This document shows positions 41,479 through 61,050 of a DNA stretch of 64,000 nt, piece after piece. The translations under genes and the position numbers were made by a program. The stretch lies in assembly GCF_009914755.1 (NCBI RefSeq), contig NC_060935.1; one strand, written 5' to 3'. Position 1 is the first letter of the stretch. Every line of letters starts with the position of its first letter. This DNA comes from the human T2T-CHM13v2.0 reference genome, Homo sapiens. The notes below the pieces were generated by a model that did no database searches, was not told the origin of the DNA, and saw nothing but the letters and a program-made list of their open reading frames with translations.

Positions 41479-44400
41479 TATAAAGACCCTCCTTAAGAGT
41501 TAAAACTAGAGAGTTGAAAAAGGGAACGATCCTATAATACTAAGTAACACATACAGCATATACAAAATTTACAGGCAAAGTGTTTGCAATAGCCATTATT
41601 AAAACCTAACAATCAGTTCTGGAATTTGACACTACTAAAGCACACCTGAACTTCCCAGGACACCTTCTTGCACATTGCCCAATAGTAAGCTAACACATGT
41701 GATTGCCTTTGGCCTTTCTAAAGGTCAGGAGCTTCCTAGACCTTAAATTCATAACGATTTTATTTCCATTTTTATTTTTCATCATAGATAAAATGATAAG
41801 AGGGCACAGCTTTATGAAATTTTTATGAATACTGTAACTTTCAAGTCTCTCTCAATTTGGGATCTTATTCATATTTTCATCAGCTTCTTCTGGGTCAATT
41901 GATTTTTAATGGCATTCTTCTCAGGTGTATTATTATTACAAAATAGTTTTTACAGATATAAACACAAATATTTTTCCTTGCAGAGTGATTATTTATAAAC
42001 TCTCTGAGAACAGTCATATCCCTGTGTAATTAGGTGAGTTTCCATATAAAGCAAATTTTTGAAACAAGATTGAAGACCAGAAAGGGTATTGCAAATAAAT
42101 CAGCAATGAAGATGTAGAATCTAAAATGACAGTGAACAAAAGATAAAATTATTATTTAATCTCCTATAACAATATTTCAATATAAATATAATTTATATTA
42201 TATATTTACATATATTATAAACATAATTAAAGGAGCAATTTCATTAGTTAATGATCAGGATCAGATATTCCTAATAGCTTTATGAATAGCTTATGAGATA
42301 AATAAATACAGAATTATGTAATATATGAGGTAATAAATGGAAGAGTAAATACAATTTATCCCAAAATAACCATAACTGTTAAAATAATTATGCCACTCAC
42401 AGTCATGAATAAGCTCCAATAGCTAATTTGTCTTTATTTTTGCAATACCTCAAAATTTACTGTAACCAAATAGCTAATTGATTTCAAATTTTTAAAAAAT
42501 TTTCACAGTTCATCAATATTGAATTATTCAATTAATATTTAAAAATACTTGGCTCATGTAGAATATATAGGAAGAATAATGTGAGCTTAAATCAATTTTC
42601 TCTTAGAAAATTTTGTTGGAAAAGCATTACTTGTTTTCATTCACATTTTTATAATGGAAATTGGTTCCTATCCCTAATCTGACTTAATGGAAAGGAAGAT
42701 CAAGTTCTTGACATATCTGATAGGATAGCAACACAATTTGCTGGACTTGCCACCTGATGATGAAACTGTCAGAACTGTACTAATGAGAAAGAGATGCTTT
42801 GATTAGATGCCTTGTTGCATGTTAATTATAAAGTTAGGAAACTAGAGAGTTCATACTCTGATATAGAATTCCTAGTAGGATTAGGTTGATTCTTAAAGGG
42901 CCGGAAAGTCAAGCTGAAACAAAATACCATTTATGTCTTACACTGTCCAAAAAAAGATACCTTCAATATAACCTTAAAATTTTATGTAATTTGCTAAGAT
43001 CAAAAGGTAGTGTCCATTCAGATTCCAGGCTACACTGCTCAGGAGCCTGAGTTTTAATAATGCTGGTTCTATATCTGAAAGCAACAATAGTAAGTGAGCA
43101 CTTGGTCAGAGATGAGCAACTAAGGTGAAAAATCTAGCAAATGTGTTACATAAGAAATACATAATGTGATATGTTTTGATTATGCACAAACATATGTTAG
43201 CCAACTTCAAGTGTTTGTAACTCTATCATGTAGGTGATAGACTTGGTTTATTCTCTACTGAGTTAAATTTGCAAACATTCCTGGTACCACAAATGCAGCT
43301 GTCCAGAAGAAACAATAATGAAAGCTAATGAGTGAATTCTATGTTAAGATAGGTAACTTTAAAGTCTTTCTATGATTTCTTTGAATTTGATTTTCTATGA
43401 TTTGCTGGAATTAGTAATGAAGTTCTGTGTAAATTATAACAAGATTGACTAAAACTATTAAAGTACATGCGAAGTAGGTCATTTAATTGTTAGCTTCAAG
43501 AGAGTTTTGTATATTTACCAGAAATTTTGCATTTGGTTCCATTTGGAAATTTCTCTTTGGACAATTACAACCATTTCATTTTTTAAAAAGTAATTCAATT
43601 TCCTTTTGATTGTAGTCAAATAAAGTAAGAGTTAATAATAAGACCATTTTTTATCTCATAACAATTCAGGGAAGAAAATGAGATTGTATCACTGGAAAAC
43701 TGAGGCAATTTTCTAGTTAATTTAATTTGCAAACCACTTTTACTTGACATTTCGTGTAACTTTGGAAAAAGCTATTTTATTTTCATTTTACTTGTAGAAA
43801 CAGAAAGTTATATGAATATTTTGCCTTTAGTTTGCAACTGAAGCATTAATCAACTTGGGTAATATGATAATACCACGCCTACATAGGGAGATTTTTGCAT
43901 GCATGACCATGAATGTTTTATTCTTGTGAGTAATGTCCGAAATCTGAAAAACTATGCAATAAACTCCATATAATATCTTCATATACACCTACTAGAGCAG
44001 TTCTGTTTCCATATTCCACAAACACTAATTGTTTTCATAGAATTCATTTAATTAACTCCATCCCACTGTAGAAATTTCATCTAGAGGAGATGATGAGACT
44101 GAGTTAACTGCAATCTGGGAAAGTATGTGCCTTAAACAGGTGCAACCTCCTGCATCTATTTTGTGACTGTGTTTATGAATAAACATAAATTTTAGAATAT
44201 CATGTTTAGTCTCATTCTATCCTGTTCTATACACAAATGATAATTTGTGGGTATTTTCATCCAAGCCATTGGTTACTGGTGTCAGGTTATTATTAGAGAT
44301 GTAAGTAAAATGGAATCAAGTTACTTAACCTGTAAGTGGTATTTCTAGGTATTTTACTGTAAACCAATTTCTATTAGTGTCTACTTTTAGTTTATAATAA

Positions 44401-44942
44401 AAAGTAATTAAATGTCTACCCTAAACTTTCCTTGCAGCATAGAACATTCAAATAAGTTGACATCATTCTTCCATAGGGATGTGGAAGTATTTAGAATGCT
44501 TTTCAATATCTGTAAACACAATACGTTATCAATTTTATAGTATATTCAGTATTCTGACCTTGTAATGTGTGTCTTCTAAGGAAAAGCATATCAACAACTA
44601 TATTTATTTGTTCATGATTCAAAAGAAGAAGAGAATTATGCATATTTTCTGACGTTCTGAATAAGTAGTGCACCAACTGGCCCTGCAACTGTGTCAGAAG
44701 TTAGAATATCACTTGTGTCCTTCACATATAATTTAACAGGTAAGCAAACAACCAAAGCAAAAGAAAAATAAAATAAAACAAAGGCAAAGTGAACACACAC
44801 ACGCAACTATAACACACTTCAGTAAAATCCTGATATTTCCTACAAAGATAACTTAGAACAGTTTTAAAATTTCAATTTATTTCTAAAATATTTTTATTTT
44901 AATACCCCTGCTTTGTTGAATACATAAACTATAGTTGCTTGT

Positions 44943-45535
44943 ATGGTTAGCAGATGTCTTACATGGCTTCTAAGATTCCCTGTCCCCTGGTATATATGAG
45001 TTTCAAGTCCTTTGGATAGTAAATATGATGATTTTACTTTCATTATAAGATTATGTTATATGAAACAGTTGATGTAAAGAAAACGAGATTATCCACGTGG
45101 GTCTAACCTAATTACAAGTCTTTTAAAAGCAAAGAGTTTTCTCTAGAAATTAGAAGCAGAAGAGGAAGTCAGAGATTCAAAGAATGAAAAAGATTCTACA
45201 TGCCATTGTTGTTTCAAAGAGAGAGGAGCCATGTAGGAAGGAATGTGAGTGGCTTCTAGGAACTGGGAGTCACACCTGACCGGGAACTATTAATTAAATG
45301 GAGACTTCAGTCCTTGAATTGAAAAAAAAAATTAACCAAACAAAAAAACCCACGAATTCTCCTAACAACAAGAAAGAACATGGTGGCAGATTTTCTCCAA
45401 TGACAATTCAGCCTGAACAACCTGTAGAGATGGGTCTGTAAGAAACTAAGCAATGAACCCAGGCAAGTGCAGTGACACTTCTGGCCTGTAGAACTAAGAG
45501 CTAAAATGTGAAATTTATTTAAGGACTTTAAGGTG
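44943..45535 (+). mobile_element. MLT1E-like LTR
   Basis: gattatgttatatg, gagattatcc..gtgggtctaacctaattaca, gcagaagaggaagtcagagattcaaag. Confidence 0.75.
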
Positions 45536-47007
45536 GGTCAGAACACAAACAATGATAATTGTAAAAATCATTATAACAAAATCTAATTCAGCTAATATTA
45601 TGATAGCACAGAATTTCTGATGCTATGAGCCAAGGCATTGTTTTTCCAATTTATTTTAGCAGCATTACTTACTCTTGAGATGAAAATCTGACACATACTC
45701 TCCATATCTACAATACATAAAGGCAGCAACACTATGGTTGAATTGAGATAATTCTGCTGGATTATGGCAAACTCAGTTCAATATTAATTTAACACAAATA
45801 TTAATTTCCTAAAAATACATGTTTTATTTCATATTCTCAATATTTAGCTGATATTCTGTACAGCTTTCTCAAAAGGCCCAGAAAATAAATGTTATAGCAA
45901 AAAAATGAAGCAATGTAATAAAGAGATACTGCTTTTGATGGTTAGGAAAGGCCTGGCTGATAAAGTAATGTATAAATTGAAAGCTAAATGTCAAAGAAGC
46001 CTGCCAGGCAAATGTGATGAAAGAACATTTCAGGTAATCTTTTGTTAATCACAATAAGATGGCCACTGCAAGTTGTTGTTCCTTAAAATATGTTTGAATA
46101 TCACTGGCTTAAGCATGAAATAATTATATATAATAATTACAAATATTGTGTCTTCTTCCAGAATCTATCATATTTAAGGTCACAGAATGGTTCGTCATTA
46201 AATTGACCTCATGAATACTTGCATGCAATCATTCTCAATGTTTTTCTTGGTTCAGCTAGAAGGGCGCGTAGAGGACAGTTCCCAGCTGGAAGTGAGATTA
46301 CTGTCAGAGTTAAATTGTCCATGATTCAATATGGAGCATGGGCAAGTAAGGTTACGCTGAGGAACTGTGTGACATAAAATGCTGTGTGACATATAGAAAA
46401 TGTCAGCAATAGGACCAATCTTATACAAAAAGAGGAGTAACATCTTGCTGAACACACCATAAAAACTTATTTTCCTGTTGCCTCCTGTTCCACTCAGGAA
46501 AAAATAAATAGACCATGCTTATCATTGTGAGACTTAATATTTTATTAGTTTTTTAGAAGACTGAGCACTGAGCTCTGTGCCGTTCTTAGTCCTTTCAATC
46601 TAGGTAGGACCCATGCCATCTAGAGGGAAAAATGTTTTGCCTATACTAAATTCTGTAATACATTGTGCTCGTGGGGAGGGAAAGTCTAATAGAATTCCCC
46701 CTTGGCTCTCCTTTGCAGAGTTTATACTCTGTGGCACTTTGTACAAATGCATATCATAGAACTTTTATCGTAACTACTGACTTATAAAACTGTTCTCCTC
46801 CTCAATATGCTTATGCATACTTCCAAGGCAAAGACAATATCTTTTACTGGATTTGTTGCAGAATTCAGGATCGCAATTTAACAATGTGTATCTGTTAAAT
46901 GAATAAACCTAATTTATGCTGTGATGTTATTCACTAATGAGAGCTCCCCATGTTAACGGTTTTTAAAGCAATGCAGATTGGCCTTAAGTTGGCCCTTGAA
47001 AAGTCTT

Positions 47008-47321
<314 letters not shown>

Positions 47322-47332
47322 TGAAAAGTCTT

Positions 47333-48010
47333 ATATACTGTTAGTGGTAATATAAATTATTTCAACCACACTTTGGAGATTTCTCAAAAAAGTTAACATG
47401 GAACTACCTTTCAACCCAGCAAGCACATTAATGGGTATCTACCCAAACAAAAATAAATTGTTCTACCAAAAACAAACAAACATATACTCATATTTTCACT
47501 GCAGCAGTATTGATAATAGCAAAGACACAGAATCATCTCAGGTGTCCATTAATGGTGGATTGGATAAAGAAAATGTGTTCCACATACACCTATGAATACT
47601 ACACAGTCATTTAAAAAGGATGAAATCATGTTCTTTGCAGTAACTTAGTAGTAGCTGGAGGTTATTGTCCTAAGAAAATTAATGCAGGAACAGAAAACCA
47701 AATACTATGTGTTCTCACTTATAAATGGAAGCTAAATATCGGGTACTCATGAACATAAAGATAGCAACAATAGACACTGAGGACTACAAGACTGTGGAGG
47801 CAGGCAGGGGGAAAAGTGTTGAAAAACTAACTGTTGGGGACTATGCTCACTACCTGGGTGATGAGATTATTCACATCCCAAACCTCAGCAACCCTCAATA
47901 TACCCATGTGACACTCAATATATCCATGCAACACTCAATATACCCATGTAACAAACCTCTGCATGTAGCGCCTGAATCCAAAATAAAAATTGAACTTATT
48001 TAAAAAATTT
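47333..48010 (+). mobile_element. L1PB4-like 3' end
   Basis: gaactacctttcaacccagcaa, tgaaatcatgttctttgcag, gttgaaaaactaactgttggg.actatgctcactacctgggtgatg, aaataaaaattgaa. Confidence 0.85.
47894..47953. repeat. 20-bp x3 tandem expansion in L1 3'UTR
   Basis: ctcaatatacccatgtgaca / ctcaatatatccatgcaaca / ctcaatatacccatgtaaca. Confidence 0.9.
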
Positions 48011-48099
48011 AAAAAGGAATATTTGATAAATGACTCCACTGATATAAGTTTCAATATGAGGCAAAACATGGGTGTTAGGAGTTAGGATTGTAGTTGCTA

Positions 48100-48300
48100 T
48101 TGGGGAAATGAGGTAGTAAAAGGAAAGGCAGAACGTCGTCGGGTGCTTTTGAAATGCTGGTTGTGCTCTAGTGCTTGATCTGGATGCTGGTTATATAAGT
48201 GTTTTTCCACTGTAAAAAATGTATTGATTTGTAAAATTATAATCTGTATCCTTTTATCTACATATTCTAGACTTAAATAAAAACATCTAAAAAATTTTAA
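48100..48300 (+). mobile_element. L1ME-like 3' end
   Basis: gggtgcttttgaaatgctggt..tgctcta..cttgatctggatgctggttat..agtgt...aataaaa. Confidence 0.6.
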
Positions 48301-48867
48301 AATAGCTGTCTCTAATACAAGTGCATACACTAAATGAAGATAACAGACAAATATGGTTCATATACATATATACACACACATGTAGTTTCTATTAAGAATG
48401 TCTAATAAATGTAGATGAATACTTTATTCTACATATTTATATGAGAAGGATGATAATACAGGTAAGTTTTAATAATCTAGATATAGAAATAAGAAATACT
48501 GATCATTTGGTATTTTTTACATGCACATACTCTACACACATAATTACACATATCTGTACACAAATAAACATATCTCTGTGTACTTATGTAACAAGAAGTT
48601 CAATATTTCATTGATAATCCCAATGTATGTACACTGAGAAGCATATGAATTATATTTCTTAATGGAGCCTATTTTAATTAATCTCTGATTAAAGTTGGGG
48701 TATAAGAGGTAAAGCAATTCAGGGATAAGAATTATTTCAAATATATTTGTTATAATGTAGGTGTAAAAATAATGGAAAATGGTCACAGATTCTTTGTCTT
48801 GTTTTTGAGCCAAAGCAAGGCAGATGTCATGTGCCCTCACTGGGAAAGAAAAAAGAGGAAGCTGAAT

Positions 48868-49146
48868 TCTTTCCTTTTCTCCTTCCCTCCCTCCCTCTCT
48901 CCCTTTCTTCCTTCCTTCCTCCCATCCTTCCTGCCTCCTCCCTTCCTCCCTCCCTGATTTCCTTCCTTCCTTCCTTCCACCCTCCCTCCCTCCTCCCTTC
49001 CTCCCTCCCTGCTTGCCTGCTCTTTCTTTCTTTTTTTCTTTCTTTCTTTCTTTCTCTTTCCTTCCTTCCTTCCTTCCTTCCTTCCCTCCTTCCTTCTTTC
49101 TCTCTCTCTCTCTTTCTCTCTTTCTTTCTTTCTTTCCTTTCTTTTT
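48868..49146. repeat. Compound polypyrimidine microsatellite (CCTT/CCCT/CTTT/CT) continuous with an Alu tail
   Basis: ~280 nt almost entirely C/T on the plus strand. Confidence 0.95.
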
Positions 49147-49427
49147 GACAGAGTCTCACTCTGTTGCCCAGGCTGGAGTGCAGTGGTGTGACTTCGGCTC
49201 ACTGCAACCTCCGCCTCCTGGGTTCAAGTGATTCTCCTGCCACAGTCTCCTGAGTAGCTGGGACTACAGGTGCCCACCAACATGCTCAGCTAATTTTTTG
49301 TATTTTTAGTAGAGATGGGGTTTCACCATGTTGGCCAGCCTAGTCTCGAACTCCTGACCTCAAGTGATCCACCCACCTTGGCCTCCCAAATTGCAGGGAT
49401 TACAGGCATGAGCCACCGCGTCTGGCC
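49142..49427 (-). mobile_element. AluSx/Sz-like
   Basis: gacagagtctcactctgttgcccagg...cctgacctcaagtgatcc...gagccaccgcgtctggcc. Confidence 0.92.
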
Positions 49428-52111
49428 GATTGCTTTCTAAAGATCATATGTAAATCATAAAGTGAAAAACTGAAATGTTTGCCATCAAAGCATTTTTTTC
49501 TCTGAGTAAATATGTTATTGTGTATTTCTTTCTGTTTTCATTTTCATTTGAAATCTCTTATTTCTATTGTTTGCCAAATGTTAACCTCTCAAAAATGTAG
49601 TGCTTATTAATCCCTTAAGCTGAATAATACAATAACACTAATGTCGAGGAAAGTAATACCCATGTCAAAGCTATAGAGGAGCATACAATTAAGAAAGACA
49701 GTGTGTATGAGAAATACTATGTGTTCATTGCTTCAAACTTTCTATATTTCAAAATAGGATTAATTAGCTATAGTTTTATTTCCAGTGAGTTCTACATACT
49801 GCCATGAATCATTGAGAAAATATATATTGGCGTTGGTAACGTCAATTTTACCTACATGTTGTCATTCTAAAATTCCAGTCACGAATAGCTTGTGTTCATT
49901 GAAAACAAAGAGATAAGGGTATCACGTGTAATTTGTACAATTGGATTTTGCTCATAGAACTGTTTTTGATCTCCCAAAATGATACATGCACCTACTAGAA
50001 AATGTAGAACATAAAAAAGTGTGAAGAGTGAGAGAGTAGGTGAAGAAGTATCAATACACGAAGTCAAGAAGAAATATTCCATTTCTTTATGTATTAATAA
50101 AGCAAAGTCTAGCTGCACAATCCTGGACACTGACTGAAAATTTCACTTCAGGGATTCTTGGGCTTCCCTTACAGTTGCACCACAGGATTGGGGATCTTTC
50201 TTAAAATGAAATGGTGGAGGAAATGGTTATGACAAGTTGTCAGTTGCCCATAAAAATTACCACTGTGATACTCATTTTCCCCATGAAAAGGATTCATTTA
50301 GGTCCAGCATGTTGTTACTAGTTCTCTGCAATTATTGAACAAGAGAGTCTTTTCCATGGCTTCTTCTGGCCAGGTTTTACCGAAAGTAGCCATTTTTCTT
50401 AGGAGACTCGCCCATCTTTGAAGTGCAGCCAGCTGACCAGTCTTTTGCTAGGTCTGTTCTCTCGGCTCCCTCACTTCCAATCTTCACATGTCTTCTTCAA
50501 GTTAGGAAATTCTGTTTCTCTCTTCTTTAGTTTTTTTTCCTTCTTGATCTACTCAACAAACCCAGTTCATTTTTATTCTTCTACAGTAGACATCAAAGAC
50601 CCATTAGACTCCAAATCCAAATTAACTAAATGTTGTTGGTAGCTTTCTTTCCAGAGGAGGGAAAGAAGACTTGACCTGTAAACATTACTAATTCAAAAAA
50701 GAAAAAAAGTGAAATAATTACTTTTCCATATTAAGATGGAAGGATTGTTCAGATCCTGCAATACTCCCTGGTTAGTATGTCCAACAAGAAAAATTTATTT
50801 TCATTCCAGTACATGCTGCTTAAGTCACCTCCTGAGGGAGGGACCCGAACTGTGAACACATGGGCTCCCTTAGAATGGTAATAACTCCCACATAAAGCAG
50901 CACATATATCTGTCACTAGTATTTCCTCAAGCCTCAGGGATCTTTAATTTTATTCTAGGTTCCAGATGAAGTTTTTGTCTTAAGATTCTGGGATATTGAT
51001 TCCTTGTAATGATTCTTCTCCCTCCCCATTCTTCCATTTACCAGGGAATTAAAATTTTTGCACAAGCAGAATGAACAATAGTTGTAGAGAAGGTTCTGAT
51101 CAAGTTATATCAGGATTTGATTTGAGCTCCAAGTTTCGTGTTGTACTGTCTTTACCCTTGGAATCATTTTCTTCTTTCAAACCCTGAGGCACACAAAGTA
51201 GAATGATATCCTCAGCTTCTATTTGGCCATAATAGGAAGATTAGCAGTGAGCAGCTGTTATATCCTGTTAAGTTTTCTTCAGGTAGTTGACACTTCTTGT
51301 TTCCTCCATATTCTGACTTTCACCTGTTATGTGAGAGAAGAGACATGGTGCCAGTGAAATTTAGGCTCTCATAAAAACTGAAGGGTTCCTCTCTCTGGTC
51401 CATCTCTGCTTCTTAAACTCCCAAGTCCTCTAGGTCTTCTGCTCTGATGGTCGTGTGTTCTCTCCAGAAAAATCATCATCAAAGCTTCGTCATAGCTATA
51501 AGCAATGTGTTGGCAATTATGACTCTTATTATGAAAGTAATAACTATCCATTGAAGAATATTAAAAGAGTTTTGCTATTATTGAAGTATTTATGTATGTT
51601 TATGTATATATGTATATAAATATATACATTTACATAACTCAGGTAAATTCTATAAATTGATGTATAATTTTGTATTTATGTTATCACTTAACAGTGTATC
51701 AGAGGTCACAACAGCATGAATTTAAAATTTAAAAAATTGTTTTGGTTAGCATAGTATTTGAAAAATGGATTATTTCTCTACATTTTAAACATAAGAAGAT
51801 TCCCCAATGTGTTTTTCCTTGAATAACCATTGGAACTGGCAATACTGGATCTGTATTTGACTCTTGTAGTACTTGGCAATAACAACGTAAAGACAGCAGC
51901 CTCTTCTAGTTGAAGCATATGCCTTAAGCTCCCAGTTTACCAAAGTCTCCACTGGCAATTTTTACTCACTTGCTCTACCTGCCTTTCCCATAGGGTTACT
52001 TGTATTTGATTCCTGTTATTCACAGGCTTTTATAAAACATTCTGCACTTCATGAAAATAATATGTAATGTACTGCAATGTTCCAAACCACTGTACCTTTC
52101 TGTATTTAGAG

Positions 52112-52341
52112 CAATGGTTCTCAATGGGTGTAATACAGGCTTTTGCCTTGCCATAAGACATCTGGCAATACCTGGAAACATTTTGATTGTACAAATGTGG
52201 GATGTGGGGTGGTTAATTATATTAGCATCTGGTGGGTAGAAGACAGGAATGGTGCTGAACATCTCATAAGGCATAGGACAGCCCCTACAACAAGGAAAAC
52301 TTTAGCTCAAATGTGAATTGAGCTGATGTTGAAAAGCCTTG
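52112..52341 (+). mobile_element. MER20 hAT-Charlie DNA transposon
   Basis: caatggttctcaa...gacatctggcaatacctggaaacattttgattgt...gcatctggtgggtagaagacagg..tgctgaacatc..ataggacagcccc. Confidence 0.85.
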
Positions 52342-53399
52342 ATTCAGAGGTTGATCACATAGTACATAGTGATTGAACTATTTTAAGTAATAAGGTAAAT
52401 TCCTATAAAGGACATCAAAGGATATGGGTGGATTTTAAGTAATTGGTGGCCACTGTCAAAAGTTCTCTCCAGAAAGCTTTTTCTAATTGAAACTATTTAA
52501 ATTTTTGTTTGTTTAATAAGTAGAAGAATCATAAATAAATACAAGATGAAGTATGATAGAATAAGAACGTAAGATAGATAAGAAAAGAAATTCTGGATAC
52601 AAAACTTGCCTTTATCCACTTCTGAGTACAAGAATGCCTTTAAAGTGGAAACCTTTTTCTGTACCTTTCTTCTAGTGTTGAGGACACACTTCAATAAATA
52701 TTTAATCACGATAATGGGACATTTTGAGGCTGCCTACTAGAAAAACATCGTAGTAAGCATTTCACGGTTAATTAGCATTCATGGGCATTAACAATGCTGG
52801 GGGGCTACGTGTAAGGTGACAAGTTATGATATACTTAAAAAAGTAATTTCAAAATAATGTTAAAAGGCTTCCTTCTTCTTATGCTTTTTTATCTTTTAAA
52901 ACTTTTTTTTTTCTATTAATGATGAAGTTCTGGATATTCCCAAATTAGATTTAGGAATTAACCAGAAATACAATTCCAAGAATATCAACTTTACACAGAT
53001 AAAGAAATAGAGTTAGAGAGAGATATTTCATCTTGGTTCATTACTGCAGCCTGAGCTGTGGTATAAAACTGAAATAGAATGAGGTGTATGGCAGTGCGGA
53101 GGACGCTGAAGACAGCAACATCCTAGCGCAGGGAGTCAGAGCCAAACAGAGTGAGGAAGGTGTAGGGAAGTGAATGGGTAGGGGCATTGCAAGACATGCT
53201 TAAGCCAAAAACAATTTAGGAGGATGGGTCTCGTTGAGGGAGATATGGTTAGAAAAGCATCTATGCAAATGCGACATAATGGTGGTGGTGGTGGCGGGGT
53301 GCTGGTGAAGTGTGTCATAGCCCACGTGGAATAAAAAATGTACTCTGCATGGGGGCAGTCATAGCAGCTACCTGGCTAAGAGTCTCAGTTCACTTGTGG

Positions 53400-55180
<1,781 letters not shown>

Positions 55181-55679
55181 GTAAATTTCTTCAGTGTATC
55201 ATGCTAAGGAAAGAAATGTGACTGATAGAAAATATTACTATGTTTTTAAGTAAACTGAATGAAAGTTGTTTTATTCAAATGCTGCAGGTTGCCTACTTTG
55301 CAACAAAATATATTCCTTGTTTTAAAGTATATGTTAATAGACACTGAAAAGCAAGAGTTGTACAATGTTTCTTTCAGGGGAAGACAATATTAAACTAGTT
55401 AAAAGTGATTAAACTTAATAAGGTACATCATTATAAAGAGTAGTATATGCTAGTCATAGACTTTGAAATACTAGACTCTGAAATATAGACTTCAAAATAG
55501 TAATCACAATATTTGTGATTATTGATTCTTTATCAATAGGTGAATAAAATAGAGGATATAAACACAAATCATATTTCATAGCTTCAAGACAAAAGCAGGA
55601 TAGACTCTCATCCAAAATTTTGTTTTGATTTTGAGACTAAAGTGGTAATAGAATGAAAAGCAGCAGCTCTCCCCTGAGC

Positions 55680-59243
<3,564 letters not shown>

Positions 59244-60142
59244 GTAAAGAATTCAAGGGACATTTCACAATTTATCAAGATATGATTGCTAGCTTAAAAA
59301 AAGGATGAACTTAAAAAACCTATAGTATGAGAACATGTAGTAAGATAAAATAAAGATGGAAGTTAAATTTTTACATGTATTTTCATCATACATATTTTAT
59401 TTAAAAAGCACTTTTAAGGTAAATGTTTGCATACTAAATTCTTTTTCCATTGGATTCTATAATAAAATTTGAAATAAATTCCTATGATATAATAAATATT
59501 GAGAAGAAATGAACCAACATTTGAAAACTGCATTTATACTGAAGAATATATTTTTGATAAAGCAGTAATAATTATTCTGTAATTTGTCATAAAATGAGAC
59601 TGTTATGTAGAAAGGATTATGTTAGTACTTGCCAAAGTAACGCAGTTCAAAAAAGGAAAATGTCAGCTTAATAAAACTGCCACTTAGGATCTACCGAAAA
59701 AAAAAAAAAAGTCTTATACAAAGACAGTGTGCAGTGGCAAGGCTGTTGATGCATTCTGTGAGTCATGTGGTATATGTATGTATATTTTGTTCTTTAGCAG
59801 ATGAAGGCAAACCAACTGTAAGACTTTTTTAATATGTTAGCCAAATCGACAATAGCACAATATGGAACTGGTAATTTCAATAATACTGGATATGAAGGCC
59901 TCAAAGTGTAGAATCACCATATTAATGTTGCTAAAATGCACCACCTGATCACTGTTACGGCCTTAATCAATACCGGGGCTTAGATTACATTCCACTCAAT
60001 TTTCCTGTGGTTAGAAATTTTATTACTGCTTTCACAAATTATAAGTATGAAACTGAAAGGTTTTTTTTTAAACCTAAGCATATTCAAAAAACTAAAGTGC
60101 TAATTTGAATCTCCTTTCATTTACTGACTCAAAATGTGATTT

Positions 60143-60335
60143 TGCTGTCAAAGCCGATGACACCACACACATCGTATGAGGGGAAAAAGGTTTATTACTT
60201 ATGCAGTTGAGGGGTTCTGAGGAGAATAAAGTAAGCTTTCAAAGATGCCTCCAAAACGGACTTGAGAGATCAGGGAAAGGGGATTGGCTTAGGACTTTCA
60301 TTTTGGTTAGGGGTTGTAGCTGCTGTGAGGAATCT
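60143..60335 (-). mobile_element. ERVL-type LTR 3' fragment (MER70-like)
   Basis: gacaccacacaca...aaaaggtttattact...cttgagagatcagggaaagggga.tggctt. Confidence 0.5.
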
Positions 60336-60339
60336 GTAT

Positions 60340-61050
60340 TCTGGGATCCAAAGGACTGTCCTCATTCTTTATGATCTCTATGATACTTATTCCAAACAAT
60401 GATATTTCTCCACATTTAATTTTTTAAAGAAGTTTGTGTGTCTTCTGTAATCGTTGGTGTTAGCTCCATTTGACAAAAGCAGTACCTACAAATCTCTTGT
60501 AGAGAAGACAGTCCTCTGTTTTGGGGGTTCTGTTGAAAGAGCCCAGGGACAATGTCTTTAAGATTTCTGTTCAGTTGTTTAAGGAGATCTTGGAAGCACA
60601 GCTCTGATGTCTTAAAGGGCCTTCTGTATGACTGAATATACTGAGGTTTTAATAAAATGTTTTATAGACACACCCTTGGCTTCACCTTTTGACTAAGTTT
60701 TCCAAGAAGTGCACTGGATTTTATGTTTTCTTGAAAGTTATTTCTTAATTTTAGTATTTCTGGTCATCTGGAAGGGCTGAGGATTTATGACAACATCAAA
60801 TCTTGGCTTCCTTTTGCTTAACAGTGTTTTTCATTTATCTCTCTCTTCTTGAATTTTACTGTACTGGCTAGAAGAAACAAGATGACACCTCCAATACTTT
60901 CCTTAGAAATCTCTCAGCTGCATCACCCCACTCATTACGCATATTCTTTACTTTTTGTGGGACTATAGGTGAAATGTTACTGAATTTCTGTCGTTAAATA
61001 AGAACCACATAGTCTTCACTTCCTTCTGAGCTTTGCCTTGTCTTTCCTCT
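60340..61050 (-). mobile_element. MaLR internal (MLT1-int-like) fragment
   Basis: tttcttaattttagtat, aaatcttggcttccttttgcttaacag, gctagaagaaacaag..gacacct.caatacttt.cttagaaatctc. Confidence 0.6.

Noticed and set aside
46253-46270. CTCF site at cagctagaagggcgc
   Set aside because: Only the 3' GGGCGC part fits; the 5' core needs a gap or several mismatches.
48772-49231. Overlapping ORFs with RKE- or PSF-rich products
   Set aside because: Translations of a microsatellite and Alu that lack stop codons by composition.
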